Of a stretch of DNA of 64,000 nucleotides, positions 50,901 to 63,480 are shown piece by piece. Made by a program: the position numbers and the translations under genes. Source of the stretch: Amphiscolops sp. MND2022 (Eukaryota); the NCBI GenBank assembly GCA_964187785.1, contig OZ076409.1, forward strand, positions 71,116,001 to 71,180,000, read 5' to 3'. The notes below the pieces were generated by a model. That model was not told the DNA's origin. It searched no databases and was given only the letters and a program-made list of their open reading frames with translations. Within the stretch, counting starts at the first letter, position 1; the number at the start of each line of letters is the position of its first letter.

Positions 50901-53900
50901 GGGTCCTGAATCCGAGTTCAGTGCTGCCAGCTTTCGTTAAGAAAATTTGGATAGGATTCGGGATCTCGTGATCTAACCATAGGATTTTAAAGTTGGAGCG
51001 GCCCCCACCAGATTTTCCGAAAATTAGCGCCCCCCACCGGGTTACATACCCCGGAAAATTTTTTTCTGGCCACACGGGCGACCGTTAGGGGGTCATTTTA
51101 GGGGTAAAATTCATATTGGGCCACATAACTTTTTTTCTGTTGATTTAAAAGTTTGGGAACCCTACTAAAGGTTTTTTGACCGTGTTGCAGGGGCCCCGGA
51201 GGTCCAAACCAAATTTTTCTATCTTGAAGCTATCTCCAAGTACCCCCCCGCCCAAAACGTTATTTTTCCGGAAACGCAGGTTTTTGACCCGGAAGGAGTC
51301 GTCGGAGCGCGGGGTCGTTAGGTGATGTATTGGGGACGGCCTTGAGACGAAGTGGGGGACATGCAGTTTGCCAACCCCAGTTTACCCCCCGGACGGGAAA
51401 TGACCGTTATATGAGCGGGAAAAATGCCCCCCTCCACGTTTTACCGCTATTTCCGGTGTGAAGGAGTGGGAGTAGCGCGTCGGGTGCCATATACCAAAAG
51501 TAGGTTTAAACAAGGACGTATCGGAAACATGTGGTTTGGGACCCCCTGGACCAACCCGTTAGCGGGAAATGGGGCTTCCGCCTCCTTTTTTTACGGTTAA
51601 AAACGGAAAATGGGCATTGAGGGGTAAATATCTCGTGAACGCGTGGAGCAATCGTGTCCATCACTACTACAAGGTTTCATACCCATGATATGGTGCCTTC
51701 AGGGGGGCAAACAGATTTCCGCTATCTATCACCGTTACGGACTTGGCCCCCCAGCCTAACCGTTAAGTGACCGGAAATGTCATATTTTGAGCCCAAAGGG
51801 TCGGTCCCAGCCGGGGAACGTTAGGTAACTTATTGTAGTACTCATTGAGACGAGTTGGGGGATATAGTTTCAGTCACCCCCCGTTACCCCTCGAGACCGG
51901 AAATGACCGTTATGTGAGTAAAATTGCCATTTTTGTACTTTTTGAAGGGCATTTAGATGCGGAAGGAGTGGTAATAGGTGCTTGGACACTATATGAGGTA
52001 AGGGAGGACGTGAGGCGAGCAGTCAGACATAACCGTTATGTTGACCCTAAAGTCCCCCTGGTACCGTAAACGACCGGAAATGGTCAAATTTTGTGTCTAT
52101 TGGGTACAAATGTTTGGTATTTTGTAAATAAAAGTATCTATTGGGTGTTTCGACGGTTTGCAGTAGTGAACATAGTCATGAAACCTTGTGGGGGTAACGG
52201 TATATAGCACGGGAAATCCGAACCGTTGGAGACAGGATAGGTTTTTTGGTTTTAAAATGTCTTTCGGCGTACTTTTGTCGACTATTATGGACTATTTTTA
52301 GAAATTAAAGTTTTTCCATATAGTTTCAGAGACTCCGAAACCTCAACCAACATAACCGTTACCTTATGATAGCCTTTCAAGTTGGCCTGGTGTCAACTTG
52401 GAAGGGCTATCCTTCAAAAATCGTTAATCAAGTGTGTTTTTGGGTATGTTTTTATCATTTTAGAATCAATTAGAGCTCCAAGAAAAGTTTGCCAACGACA
52501 AAAACTATGTCGTGATGATTCCGTTATTAGAATGATGGTTAACAAAATGTTGATAAAGTTGATTTTTTTTCTATTTCAAATGTGTCCTAAAAGCCAGAAA
52601 ACCTGTTTACCAAAAAATGGTATTGATTGAATTGTATATAACAGGTAATAAAAGTTCAAATTGATTATTACGTTTCATTATTCAAGCTAAAACTTCATAA
52701 CATAGTTTAATTAACGTCCACGCCACACACTTTACATCAACGCCCACCGTCTGTGGGCATGCCGAGGCATGCCCTTCGACGACGTATACCAAATACATAC
52801 CCAAACGACGCCCGTACATCCCGGGCTAGGTGCGGGGGGGAAACCCCAACAAAATTTTTGGAGGATTCGGGTAGGGTCCTGAATCCGAGTTCAGTGCTGC
52901 CAGCTTTCGTTAAGAAAATTTGGATAGGATTCGGGATCTCGTGATCTAACCATAGGATTTTAAAGTTGGAGCGGCCCCCACCAGATTTTCCGAAAATTAG
53001 CGCCCCCCACCGGGTTCCATACCCCGGAAAATTTTTTTCTGGCCACACGGGCGACCGTTAGGGGGTCATTTTAGGGGTAAAATTCATATTGGGCCACATA
53101 ACTTTTTTCCTGTTGGTTTAAAACTTTGGGACCCTGCTAAAAGTTTCTTGACCGTGTTGCAGGGGCCCCGGAGGTCCAAACCAAAATTTTCTATCTTGAA
53201 GCTATCTCCAAGTACCCCCCCGCCCAAAACGTTATTTTTCCGGAAACGCAGGTTTTTGACCCGGAAGGAGTCGTCGGAGCGCGGGGTCGTTAGGTGATGT
53301 ATTGGGGACGGCCTTGAGACGAAGCGGGGGACATGCAGTTTGCCAACCCCAGTTTACCCCCCGGACGGGAAATGACCGTTATATGAGCGGGAAAAATGCC
53401 CCCTTCCACGTTTTACCGCTATTTTCGGTGTGAAGGAGTGGAAGTAGCGCGTCGGGTGCCATATATCAAAAGTAGGTTTAGACAAGGACCTATCGGAAAC
53501 ATGTGGTTTGGGACCCCCTGGACCAACCCGTTAGCGGGAAATGGGGCTTCCGCCTCCTTTTTTTACTGCTAAAACAGTAAAATGGGCATTGAGGGGTAAA
53601 TATCTCGTGAACGCGTGGAGCTACGGTGTCCATCACTACTACAAGGTTTCATACCCATGATATGGTGCCTTCAGGGGGGCAAACAGATTTCCGCTATCTA
53701 TCACCGTTACTGACTTGGCCCCCCAGCCTAACCGCTATGTGACCGGAAATGTCACTTTTTGAGCCCAAAGGGTCGGTCCCAGCCAGGGAACGTTAGGTAA
53801 CTTATTGTAGTACTCATTGAGATGAGTTGGGGGACATAGTTTCAGTCACCCCCCGTTACCCCTTAAGACCGGAAATGACCGTTATGTGAGTGAATTTGCC

Positions 53901-56900
53901 GTTTTTGTCCTATTTGAAGGGCATTTAGATGCGGAAGGAGTGGTAATAGGTGCTTAGACACTATATGAGGTAAGGGAGGATATGAGGCGAGCATTCGGAA
54001 ATAACCGTTATGTTGACCCCAAAGTCCCCCTGGTACCGTAAGCGACCGGAAATGGTCAAATTTTCTGTTTATAGGGTACAAATGTTTGGTATTTTGTAGA
54101 TAAAAGTATCTATTAGGTGTTTCGACGGTCTGCAGTAGTGAACATAGTCATGAAACCTTGTGGGGGGTAACGGTATATAGCACCGGAAGTCCAAACCGTT
54201 GGAGACAGGATAGGTTTTTTGGTTTTAAAATGTCTTTCGGCGTACTTTTGTCGACTATTAAGGACTACTTTTAAAAATTAAAGTTTTTCCATATAGTTTT
54301 AGAGACTCCGAAACCTCAACCAACATAACCGTTACCTCATGATAGCCTTTCAAGTTGGCCTGGTGTCAACTTGGAAGGGCTATCCTTCAAAAATCGTCAA
54401 TCAAGTGTGTTTTCGGGTATGTTTGTATCATTTTAGAATCAAATAGAGCTTCAAGAAAAGTTTGCCAACGACAAAAACTATGTCGTGATGATTCCGTTAT
54501 TAGAATAATAGTTAGCAAATTGTTGAGAAAATTGATTTTTTCCATATAAAATGTGTCCTAATTGCCAGGAAACCTATTTAACTAACAAATGGTATTGATT
54601 GGAATGTATGTAACAGAGTTATAAAAGTTCAAATTGATTATTACGTTTCATTATGGAAGCTGAAACGTAATATTTTAGTTTAATTAACGTCAACGCCACA
54701 CACTTTACATCAACGCCCACCGTCTGTGGGCATGCCGAGGCATGCCCTTCGACGACGTATGGCAGATCCCTTCTAACGACGCCCGTACATCCCGGGCTAG
54801 GTGCGGGGGGGAAACCCCAACAAAATTTTTGGAGGATTCGGGTAGGGTCCTGAATCCGAGTTCAGTGCTGCCAGCTTTCGTTAAGAAAATTTGGATAGGA
54901 TTCGGGATCTCGTGATCTAACCATAGGATTTTAAAGTTGGAGCGGCCCCCACCAGATTTTCCGAAAATTAGCGCCCCCCACCGGGTTCCATACCCCGGAA
55001 AATTTTTTTCTGGCCACACGGGCGACCGTTAGGGGGTCATTTTAGGGGTAAAATTCATATTGGGCCACATAACTTTTTTTCTGTTGATTTAAAACTTTGG
55101 GACCCTGCTAAAAGTTTCTTGACCGTGTTGCAAGGGCTCCGGAGGTCCAAACCAAATTTTTCTATCTTGAAGCTATCTCCAAGTACCCCCCCGCCCAAAA
55201 CGTTATTTTTCCGGAAACGCAGGTTTTTGACCCGGAAGGAGTCGTCTGAGCGCGGGGTCGTTAGGTGATGTTTTGGGGACGGCCTTGAGACGAAGTGGGG
55301 GACATGTAGTTTGTCAACCTCAGTTTACCCCCCGGAAAGGAAATGACCGTTATATGAGCGGGAAAAATGCCCCCCTCCACGTTTTACCTCTATTTCCGGT
55401 GTGAAGGAGTGGGAGTAGCGCGTCGGGTGCCATATATCAAAAGTAGGTTTAAACAAGGACCTATCGGAAACAAGTGGTTTGGGACCCCCTGGACTAACCC
55501 GTTAGCGGGAAATGGGGCTTCCGGCCCGTTTTTTTACGGTTAAAAACGGAAAATGGGCATTGAGGGGTAAATATCTCGTGAACGCGTGGAGCAATCGTGT
55601 CCATCACTACTACAAGGTTTCATACCCATGATATGGTGCCTTCAGGGGGGCAAACAGATTACCGCTATCTATCACCGTTACCGACTTGGCCCCCCAGCAT
55701 AACCGCTATGTGACCGGAAATTGCACTTTTTGAGCCCAAAGGGTCGATCCTAGCCGGGCAACGTTAGGTAACTTATTGTAGTACTCATTGAGACGAGTTG
55801 GGGGACATAGTTTCAGTCACCCCCCGTTACCCCTTAGAACCGGAAATGACCGTTATGTGAGTAAAATTGCTATTTTTGTCCTATTTGAAGGGCATTTATA
55901 TGCGGAAGGAGTGGTAATAGGTGCTTGGACACTATATGAGGTAAGGGAGGACGTGAGGCGAGCATTCAGACATAACCGTTATGTTGACCCTAAAGTCCCC
56001 CTGGTACCGTAAACGACCGGAAATGGTCAAATTTTGTGTCTATTGGGTACAAATGTTTGGTATTTTGTTAATAAAAGTATCTATTAGGTGTTTCGACGGT
56101 TTGCAGTAGTGAACATAGTCATGAAACCTTGTGGGGGGTAACGGTATATAGCACCGGAAATCCGAACCGTTGGAGACAGGATAGGTTTTTTGGTTTTAAA
56201 TTGTCTTTCGGCGTACTTTTGTCGACTTTTATGGACTATTTTCAAAAATTAAAGTTTTTCCATATAGTTTCAGCGACTCCGAAACCTCAACCAACATAAC
56301 CGTTACCTTATGATAGCCTTTCAAGTTGGCCTGGTGTCAACTTGGAAGGGCTATCCTTCAAAAATCGTTAATCAAGTGTGTTTTTGGGTATGTTTATATC
56401 ATTTTAGAATCAATTAGAGCTCCAAGAAAAGTTTGCCAACGACAAAAACTATGTCGTCATGATTCCGCTATTAGAATGATGGTTAACAAAATGTTGATAA
56501 AGTTGATTTTTTACATTTCAAATGTGTCCTAAAAGCCAGAAAACCTCTTTACCAAAAAAATGGTATTGATTGAAGTGTATATAACAGGTAATAAAAGTTC
56601 AAATTGATTATTACGTTTAATTTATCAAGCTAAAACTTCATAACATAGTTTAATTAACGTCAACGCCACACACTTTACATCAACGCCCACCGTCTGTGGG
56701 CATGCCGAGGCATGCCCTTCGACGACGTATACCAAATACATACCCAAACGACGCCCGTACATCCCGGGCTAGGTGCGGGGGGGAAACCCCAACAAAATTT
56801 TTGGAGGATTCGGGTAGGGTCCTGAATCCGAGTTCAGTGCTGCCAGCTTTCGTTAAGAAAATTTGGATAGGATTCGGGATCTCGTGATCTAACCATAGGA

Positions 56901-58750
56901 TTTTAAAGTTGGAGCGGCCCCCACCAGATTTTCCGAAAATTAGCGCCCCCCACCGGGTTCCATACCCCGGAAAATTTTTTTCTGGCCACACGGGCGACCG
57001 TTAGGGGGTCATTTTAGGGGTAAAATTCATATTGGGCCACATAACTTTTTTTCTGTTGATTTAAAACTTTGGGACCCTGCTAAAAGTTTCTTGACCGTGT
57101 TGCAGGGGCCCCAGAGGTCCAAACCAAATTTTTCTATCTTGAAGCTATCTCCAAGTACCCCCCCGCCCAAAACGTTATTTTTCCGGAAACGCAGGTTTTA
57201 GACCCGGAAGGAGTCGTCGGAGCGCGGGGTCGTTAGGTGATGTATTGGGGACGGCCTTGAGACGAAGTGGGGGACATGCAGTTTGCCGACCTCAGTTTAC
57301 CCCCCAGACAGGAAATGACCGTTATATGAGCGGGAAAATTGCCCCCCTCCACGTTTTACCGCTATTTCCGGTGTGAAGGAGTGGGAGTAGCGCGTCGGGT
57401 GCCATATATCAAAAGTAGGTTTAAACAAGGACCTATCGGAAACATGTAGTTTGGGACCCTCTGGACCAACCCGTTAGCGGGAAATGGCGCTTCCGCTTCC
57501 TTTTTTTACTGCTAAAACCGTAAAATGGGCATTGAGGGGTAAATATCTCGTGAACGCGTGGAGCAATCGTGTCCATCACTACTACAAGGTTTCATACCCA
57601 TGATATGGTGCCTTCAGGGGGGCAAACAGATTTCCGCTATCTATCACCGTTACCGACTTGGCCCCCCAGCCTAACCGTTAAGTGACCGGAAATGTCACTT
57701 TTTGAGCCCAAAGGGTCGGTCCCAGCCGGGGAACGTTAGGTAACTTATTGTAGCACTCAATGAGACGAGTTGGGGGACATAGTTTCAGTCACCCTCCGTT
57801 ACCCCTTGTGACCGGAAATGACCGTTATGTGGGTAAAATTGCATTTTTTATACTCTTTGAAGTGCATTTATGTGCGGAAGGAGTGGTAATAGGTGCTTGG
57901 ACACTATATGAGGTAAGGGAGGACGTGAGGCGAGCATTCGGAAATAACCGTTATGTTGACCCTAAAGTCCCCCTGGTACCGGAAGTGACCCGTAATGGTC
58001 AAATTTTGTGTTCAAAGGGTACAAATGGTTGGTGTTTTATGGATAACAGTGCCTATTAGGTGTTTCGACGGTCTGCAGTCGTGAACATAGTCATGAAACC
58101 TTGTGGGGGGTAACGGTATATAGCACCGGAAGTCCAAACCTTTGGAGAAAGGATAAGTTTTTTGGTTTTAAAATGTCTTTCGGCCTACTTTTGTCGACTA
58201 TTATGGTCTATTTTTGAAAAATAAAGTTTTTCCATATAGTTTCAGAGACTCCGAAACCTCAACCAACATAACCGTTACGTTATGATAGCCTTTCAAGTTG
58301 GCCTGGTGTCAACTTGGAAGGGCTATCCTTCAAAAATCATTAATCAAGTGTGTTTTTGAGTATGTTTGTATTACTTTAGAATCAATTAGAGCTTCAAGAA
58401 AAGTTTGCCAACGACAAAAACTATGTCGTGATGATTCCGTTATTAGAATAATGGTTAAGAAAATGTTGATAAATTTGATTTTTTACATTTCAAATGTGTC
58501 CTAAATGCCAGAAAACCTCTTTACCAAACAAATGGTTTTGAGTGAATTGTATATAACAGCTAATGAAAGTTCAAATTGAATATTACGTTTCATTTTGGAA
58601 GCTGAAACGTCATATTGTAGTTTAATTAACGTCAACGCCACATACTTTACATCAACGCCCACCGTCCGTAGGCATGCCGAGGCATGCCTTTCGACGACGT
58701 ATACCAGATTCCACCCACACAACACCCCCGAGCGCGGTAGCAGCTAGGTG
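38999..58750 (+). repeat. Run of 10 class A units (1971-1995 bp), including a chimeric divergent unit at 42943-44937
   Basis: Junctions at 40969, 42942, 44937, 46909, 48885, 50859, 52832, 54803, 56775 and 58750. Confidence 0.95.
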
Positions 58751-59019
58751 CGGGGGGGGTAACCCCAACAAAATTTTTGGAGGATTCGGGTAGGGTCCTG
58801 AATCCGAGTTCAGTGCTGCCAGCTTTCGTTAAGAAAATTTGGATAGGATTCGGGATCTCGTGATCTAACCATAGGATTTTAAAGTTGGAGCGGCCCCCAC
58901 CAGATTTTCCGAAAATTAGCGCCCCCCACCGGGTTCCATACCCCGGAAAATTTTTTTCTGGCCACACGGGCGACCGTTAGGGGGTAATTTTAGGGGTAAA
59001 ATTCATATTGGGCCACATA
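58751..59019 (+). repeat. Truncated final class A unit (first ~270 bp only); right edge of the array
   Basis: Follows the A consensus up to ...TATTGGGCCACATA, then unrelated sequence begins (CATTACGATAC...). Confidence 0.9.
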
Positions 59020-59041
59020 CATTACGATACACATGCCGGTA

Positions 59042-59067
59042 CGAACTAGCAGGATCCTGCTAGTTCG
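59042..59067. other. Perfect 26-bp palindrome CGAACTAGCAGGATCCTGCTAGTTCG
   Basis: Self-reverse-complementary, ~22 bp from the array breakpoint; followed by CCAATCAGAGCGCG. Confidence 0.95.
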
Positions 59068-59171
59068 ATTTTTGTCCAATCAGAGCGCGAATATTTTTTT
59101 TGGAAGTTTTACACTTTTCTCACATTACGCGCATTGATAGGCCGTTACACTCGTTGATTTTGCTACGTACG

Positions 59172-59255
59172 TTGACTAGTTTACACCATTGGATAGTACA
59201 GTAATTGACTAGCTTACACCATATGACTAGTTTAAGCAATTTGACTAACTACACT
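59172..59255 (+). repeat. Four short imperfect direct repeats, TTGACTAG(T/C)TTACAC-like
   Basis: Copies near 59173, 59205, 59223 and 59241. Confidence 0.7.
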
Positions 59256-59834
59256 GTGCATCTCATATTTACACATAGTTCTGGCAATTACGGGTTTTTA
59301 CTGGTGAGCTACACACGCCGACTCGTAACTACACTGCTTGATTCGCCTACACAGTATCAAATCGCATAAACAGTAAATCTGACTACAGGAAGTGCTCACG
59401 ACAGGGACCAAAATTACCAAGTTCAATGAAGCAACCGCCCCTTCATTATGAGACCTACTTTCATTTGTTTGGGAAGTCTTGGATGGGGGGGGTGTTGTTG
59501 GATAAGAAACAGTATTTATCTGAGGGAGGATAAGGCACATGGTCCAAACTTCGTTTTTAGTTCAATAATTCAAGATCGGTGTTCCATAAACTACTGTTTT
59601 CGGTTTGATAAAGTTTCAACTTCGTATAGACTATTTGTTACAACTTTTCTTGATGTTGCTCACGACAGGGATCAAAACCACATATGTACGTTATCAATTT
59701 TTTATTTTGAATAATATCAATAAATATCAATTAATTTTTTATTGAATAAAAGAATAATATCATGAATTGACAATATATTGTTCAGAAATAATAAATTCGA
59801 TTGTGAGGATTACTCTTTCTTGAAGATGTTGTAA

Positions 59835-60330
59835 AAACAAACCGGGTCCGGCCCAAGTCGGCGCCATATCCAAGGCTCAAAAATAGCAAAAGGACTTCCC
59901 AGTGTCAAGTATTCTCTTCTACAGTACCCGCATGAAAAAAGGAAAAAAATCGGAAAATTTTCGATTTTTTTTGAAGAACCAAAAAAATGGACTGAGTGGC
60001 GCGCCGGGCTGATTTGGGATTTTCCAACATCCATTCTGTCGCAAAACAGCAGAAAAATTGAAGGGGGACCCTTTGGGGGAAAAATTTCCGAAAAAAGTCT
60101 CGCAGTGCCGAAAAAAATTGAAGGGGTACCCTTTGGTCTCGCCCGGTACGGTATGTTACGCGGGAAAACAGGAAAAACCTTTTTGGTTCAGTTCGCTAGG
60201 CCAAATGGTGCAATTTGGTGCAATAATATTTTGTAGAACTTTTAAGAACTACTTTGGTCAGTTCGTGGTGATAGAAAAAAAGAGCCACTATAATAGTCGC
60301 GTTTCACTTCATGAAGCACCGACTAAAAAA
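59835..60330 (-). mobile_element. Non-autonomous HINE/Helentron-like element (~500 bp)
   Basis: Subterminal inverted repeats AAGTCGGCGC (59855-59864) and GCACCGACTA (~60316-60325). One end has a stem TAGTCG...CGACTA next to an A/T run, the other a small GC hairpin. Related ends recur at 60698 and 63961. The family call is by structural analogy only. Confidence 0.6.
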
Positions 60331-60697
60331 TTGCAGCTGTTGAAAACTTAAAATTCGCTAAGCCAATGTTTTCTTCCAGAAAGCGCCTCTTGAGCGTAAA
60401 CCAGCCAGTCATAAGCGCAGCAACCAATAAGCGTTTTTTGTGGAACCTAATTCACTGCTGACAATCAATTGTCGATTTAACAGGTTCCTCGGTTGTGGGC
60501 AAAGTTATTTTGCCTCTAGTTTCTTCATCTTGACTTTTAATTTCCTGTCCAATTTTGGACGTTTTAAACATCCCGAGCTATGAGATCATTTGCTGATATA
60601 CTTATCGTGCTGGTTTCGGATACTGGATAGCCAACTCTGCATGAAAACCGGATTAAACTTGCTATCAGGTACACCGCTAGTGTGAGCAATGCTCCAG

Positions 60698-60950
60698 TTT
60701 TTTAGTCGGCGCTTTTTGAAATAAAACGCAACTATTTTAGCGGTTTTCTGTCGCTTTTTTTCCAATCCAATCGAAATGACCCAAAAAGTTCTACAATAGG
60801 CTTAAGATAAGGAAGTTCTCTCTTATGGTTTTTTATTTCGTCAAGGTGCTTGAAGTTTTCATCTCAAAATAACTCAACTTTTTCAAAATTTTTTGAGCTT
60901 GAAGGAGCCCCCTCTGGATAATTTTCGCACTGCGGGTGTTTCTGGGATTT
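60698..60950 (+). mobile_element. Degenerate fragment of the same element family, opposite orientation
   Basis: Begins TTTTTTAGTCGGCGCTTTTTGAAATAAAACGCAACTA, the reverse complement of the 60294-60330 end. AAAAGTTCTACAA and TTTTCGCACTGCG match internal blocks. The right limit is approximate. Confidence 0.55.
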
Positions 60951-61053
60951 TCCACGGTACCACGATAGAGTCTATTAAAAACTAGAGATAGAGTCTATTG
61001 AGCCTCGAGCCTTCCGAGTTGAGGAATTCCTGTTGAGGTATTCGAATATTTAG

Positions 61054-61345
61054 TCAAAGTTTCGTGTAATGACAAACTGAATATCTAGTGAAATCCGACG
61101 GAATATCGTTCAGTCCTGTTTCCGAGACCTCTGCCACATTTCCATCTCCGTCGGGATTTGGATACTTCCATAGGAGTTTACTAGCATCCACGACTTTTCC
61201 GTCGTTGTTCGTCCAGTTACCATTATCATCAATTCGTATTCCGACATGAAATCTCCTGCGCGGGTCTTCTGATAACGCAGTTGTATTTAGGAGTTTTGTA
61301 AATTCTTGCATACATTTTTTCATAAGTTCCCAATTTTCAGCTATT
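61054..61345 (-). CDS. C-type lectin-like domain, C-terminal part (probable terminal exon or gene fragment)
   Basis: Translation ...AENWELMKKC...FHVGIRIDDNGNWTNNDG...LLWKYPNPDGDGNVAEVSETGLNDIPSDFTRYSVCHY* follows the CTLD pattern (WIGL-like, W-x-W/DG, W..P.PD, LND.PC-like, final VC), but lacks two canonical Cys. There is an in-frame stop just upstream. Confidence 0.55.
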
Positions 61346-63129
61346 CTTTTTCAAAAGATTTTGAACCTGTGTGGGATCAAATGCATCTTTCTGCTCCCAA
61401 ACGTCTGGACTAGAACAAGTGAACAACCACTAGAACAAGAAAATGGCCGCCGCTCAACTCACTGTTTTCGTCTCATTGAGTTCTTTTAAAATAAAGGTTT
61501 ATCGGGCATTTATTTAATCAAAAACGCAAATTAAAAAGACCCTCGCTGACTTGTTAAGCCCAGATTTAGAGATAAGAAAGTCTATCTGTGACTGTGATCC
61601 ATCGAAGTCGTCGAAAAGTGTTGCGCCCAGTTTTTCGCAATTAGCTTTAGCTGCATTCCAGCTCTTTGCTTTTTTGATGCCTCTTCACGCAGGTTTGCAA
61701 TAGCATTAGGTGCTTGTTTAGAATATGCCTTTAAAAATCGCATTGTAATGCAAGCATTCCTAGGATTAGATTCGTTTGTGTTTATGTACAATGATGTGAT
61801 GGGTTAGAACTTGGCGTCTCATTAAGCATGTTTTCATCACTGACCTCCTAAAAGTTTTTATCTCTGAAATGCCCATCTTTGGGCGTTTTTTCAGTGTATT
61901 GGTACTAGTGGTTCGTATCTTGTTTCGAATTATCAAGCGCATGTCCATCATTAATATCTCCACAACTACACGTACCATAGAAACGAACTATAGCGCATTT
62001 GAAAGGTCTGGTACTGGGCTTTCATTTTGGTCAGGTGAGCCCCTGTCGTCGCGCGCCCTCTCTTTCAGAATTTCAGTTTCTTTTTCGGTACTGCCGCCAC
62101 GCGGCCATTCAGCAGTTCGGGGCTTGCAGTAATAACAAACAGGACATTATTGAGGTTTGTTGCACACGGACGTGTTGTGGAAGCGTATGTGGTATAATGC
62201 TTAGGCCTTTCAAATCAATCTAAGTACCAATTAATTGTTGAAAAAAAAACTGTGCTAGAGAATATGGGCTACTGGCAGAAGGAATCCGAAAGTGAAAAAT
62301 AGGTAGGCTGCTTCAAAGTACCACTAGGGTCATTAGGGTTAATGACTATCAACTTGTTTCTTGAAACCTTTCTTATTATAGGTTTTTATGAAATGCTGAA
62401 AAAGATATAAACTGCAATGGTGAACAAAAGGAGTAGCATATTCAACGATAGCCCAAGACGACACCTTTCAGTGCCAATTTCATTGCGGTCCTTAGTCATG
62501 AAAATTGAATGTTTTGAAAGACATTTGATGTTACTTTTATTCATTTTAGAGGCAAAAATAGAAAAGGTGTAATTACCCCTGTGACGGTTTGCTCTTCTGG
62601 TATTCTGATTGCTTGGATTTGTCTGTTCAAGTGAGCTTCGAAAGTGATATTTTTAACATGGAAGGGTCCAGTGATATACACTGGGAAACCACAAATATTT
62701 TATAGCTCCTTTTTTCTTAGCTCCTTCGTACCTTGATCCCTTCGACTAGAGGTATTCAATTCTTACAAGGAGCTACGTGGAGTTATTTATTAACAGTTGA
62801 AGATATCAAGTAAGCTATTGTCTAGTATAAGTAGTAGGAAGCGTTTGCTATCGTGACTTGTCATTCAGTTCATTTGTGTAACTTGCAATTTATCATTAGG
62901 TTATAATTCTTGGCCTAAAAAACTAGGCTTTGCACTACAATAGGGTAGAAAGTTTTTTTTTAATTTTTGGAAAATTTACTTGGAATGTTTCATGAATTGA
63001 CAGTTGTAGAATATTAGCGAGCGGCGAAAGACCCATGGGTCTGCTGCCATGTGTCACTTGTCTAATCAAATTCAAGTTAGAAACTTTTCCCTTCCAACGG
63101 TATGATCCCTCTTGTACTTTTGATACTTT

Positions 63130-63480
63130 TTAAACGCTTCTCAAGCACTCTTGGCTCTGAAATTTGCAACCATGCCTTATCCATTCAACTACCATCACGT
63201 CTCCAGAACCACTGCATGTTTTCCCACCGTGGAACCCCTCAAAACATTTCGGGGGCAAATGTCGTTGCCAGTAATTTAGCCTCTGAAGCTCCTCGAAAGG
63301 TTCCTCATTTATCCATTGACCGTCAACCCTCTTCCCGTTTATGCGACATAAGTTGAGAAATTCACCGTCGTCTTGTATACTTTTGGAAGTTCCTTGTTGA
63401 TTTAGCATACATTTCGTTCGATATTATCTCGATAGACTCTACCAGTCCATCTCGCCTAGTTGGGCCTCTAGAATTTTCTG
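63130..63480 (-). pseudogene. Possible degenerate C-type lectin-like fragment
   Basis: CRINGKRVDGQWINEE...LNYWQ...GSGD resembles the CTLD core. Upstream KILEAQLGE lies in another frame and stop codons intervene. Confidence 0.3.

Larger units (their letters stand above)
1..59019 (+). repeat. Head-to-tail array of 30 complete units (6 classes) plus 2 partial units, all sharing one terminal core and a CTRG-GTG junction
   Basis: 31 junctions end at 498, 2693, 3966, 5940, 7217, 9192, 10476, 11768, 13038, 15009, 17003, 18974, 20966, 22939, 24933, 26905, 28898, 30888, 32859, 35927, 38998, 40969, 42942, 44937, 46909, 48885, 50859, 52832, 54803, 56775 and 58750. Each is preceded by the GGCATGCCGAGGCATGCC core. 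All units have the same orientation. Confidence 0.97.

Noticed and set aside
402..58750. CRISPR array (palindromic repeat followed by a spacer-sized variable segment)
   Set aside because: The repeats are 1.3-3 kb apart, tails recur and fall into related families, there are no cas genes, and the context appears eukaryotic.
49..58967. Recurrent short ORFs in the array (MAWCQLGRAIL..., MRRVGGYSFSH..., MWPEKNFPG..., MGMPRHALRRR...)
   Set aside because: They recur only because the DNA is repeated. Stops and frameshifts vary between copies, many use TTG or GTG starts, and none resembles a known domain.
1..59019. Pure assembly artefact (collapsed or over-expanded repeat)
   Set aside because: Units carry many distinct substitutions, subtype structure and compensatory changes. 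The exact copy number still needs read support.
61582..62223. Protein-coding gene from the overlapping ORFs
   Set aside because: Short ORFs on both strands, interrupted by stops, with no recognisable family.
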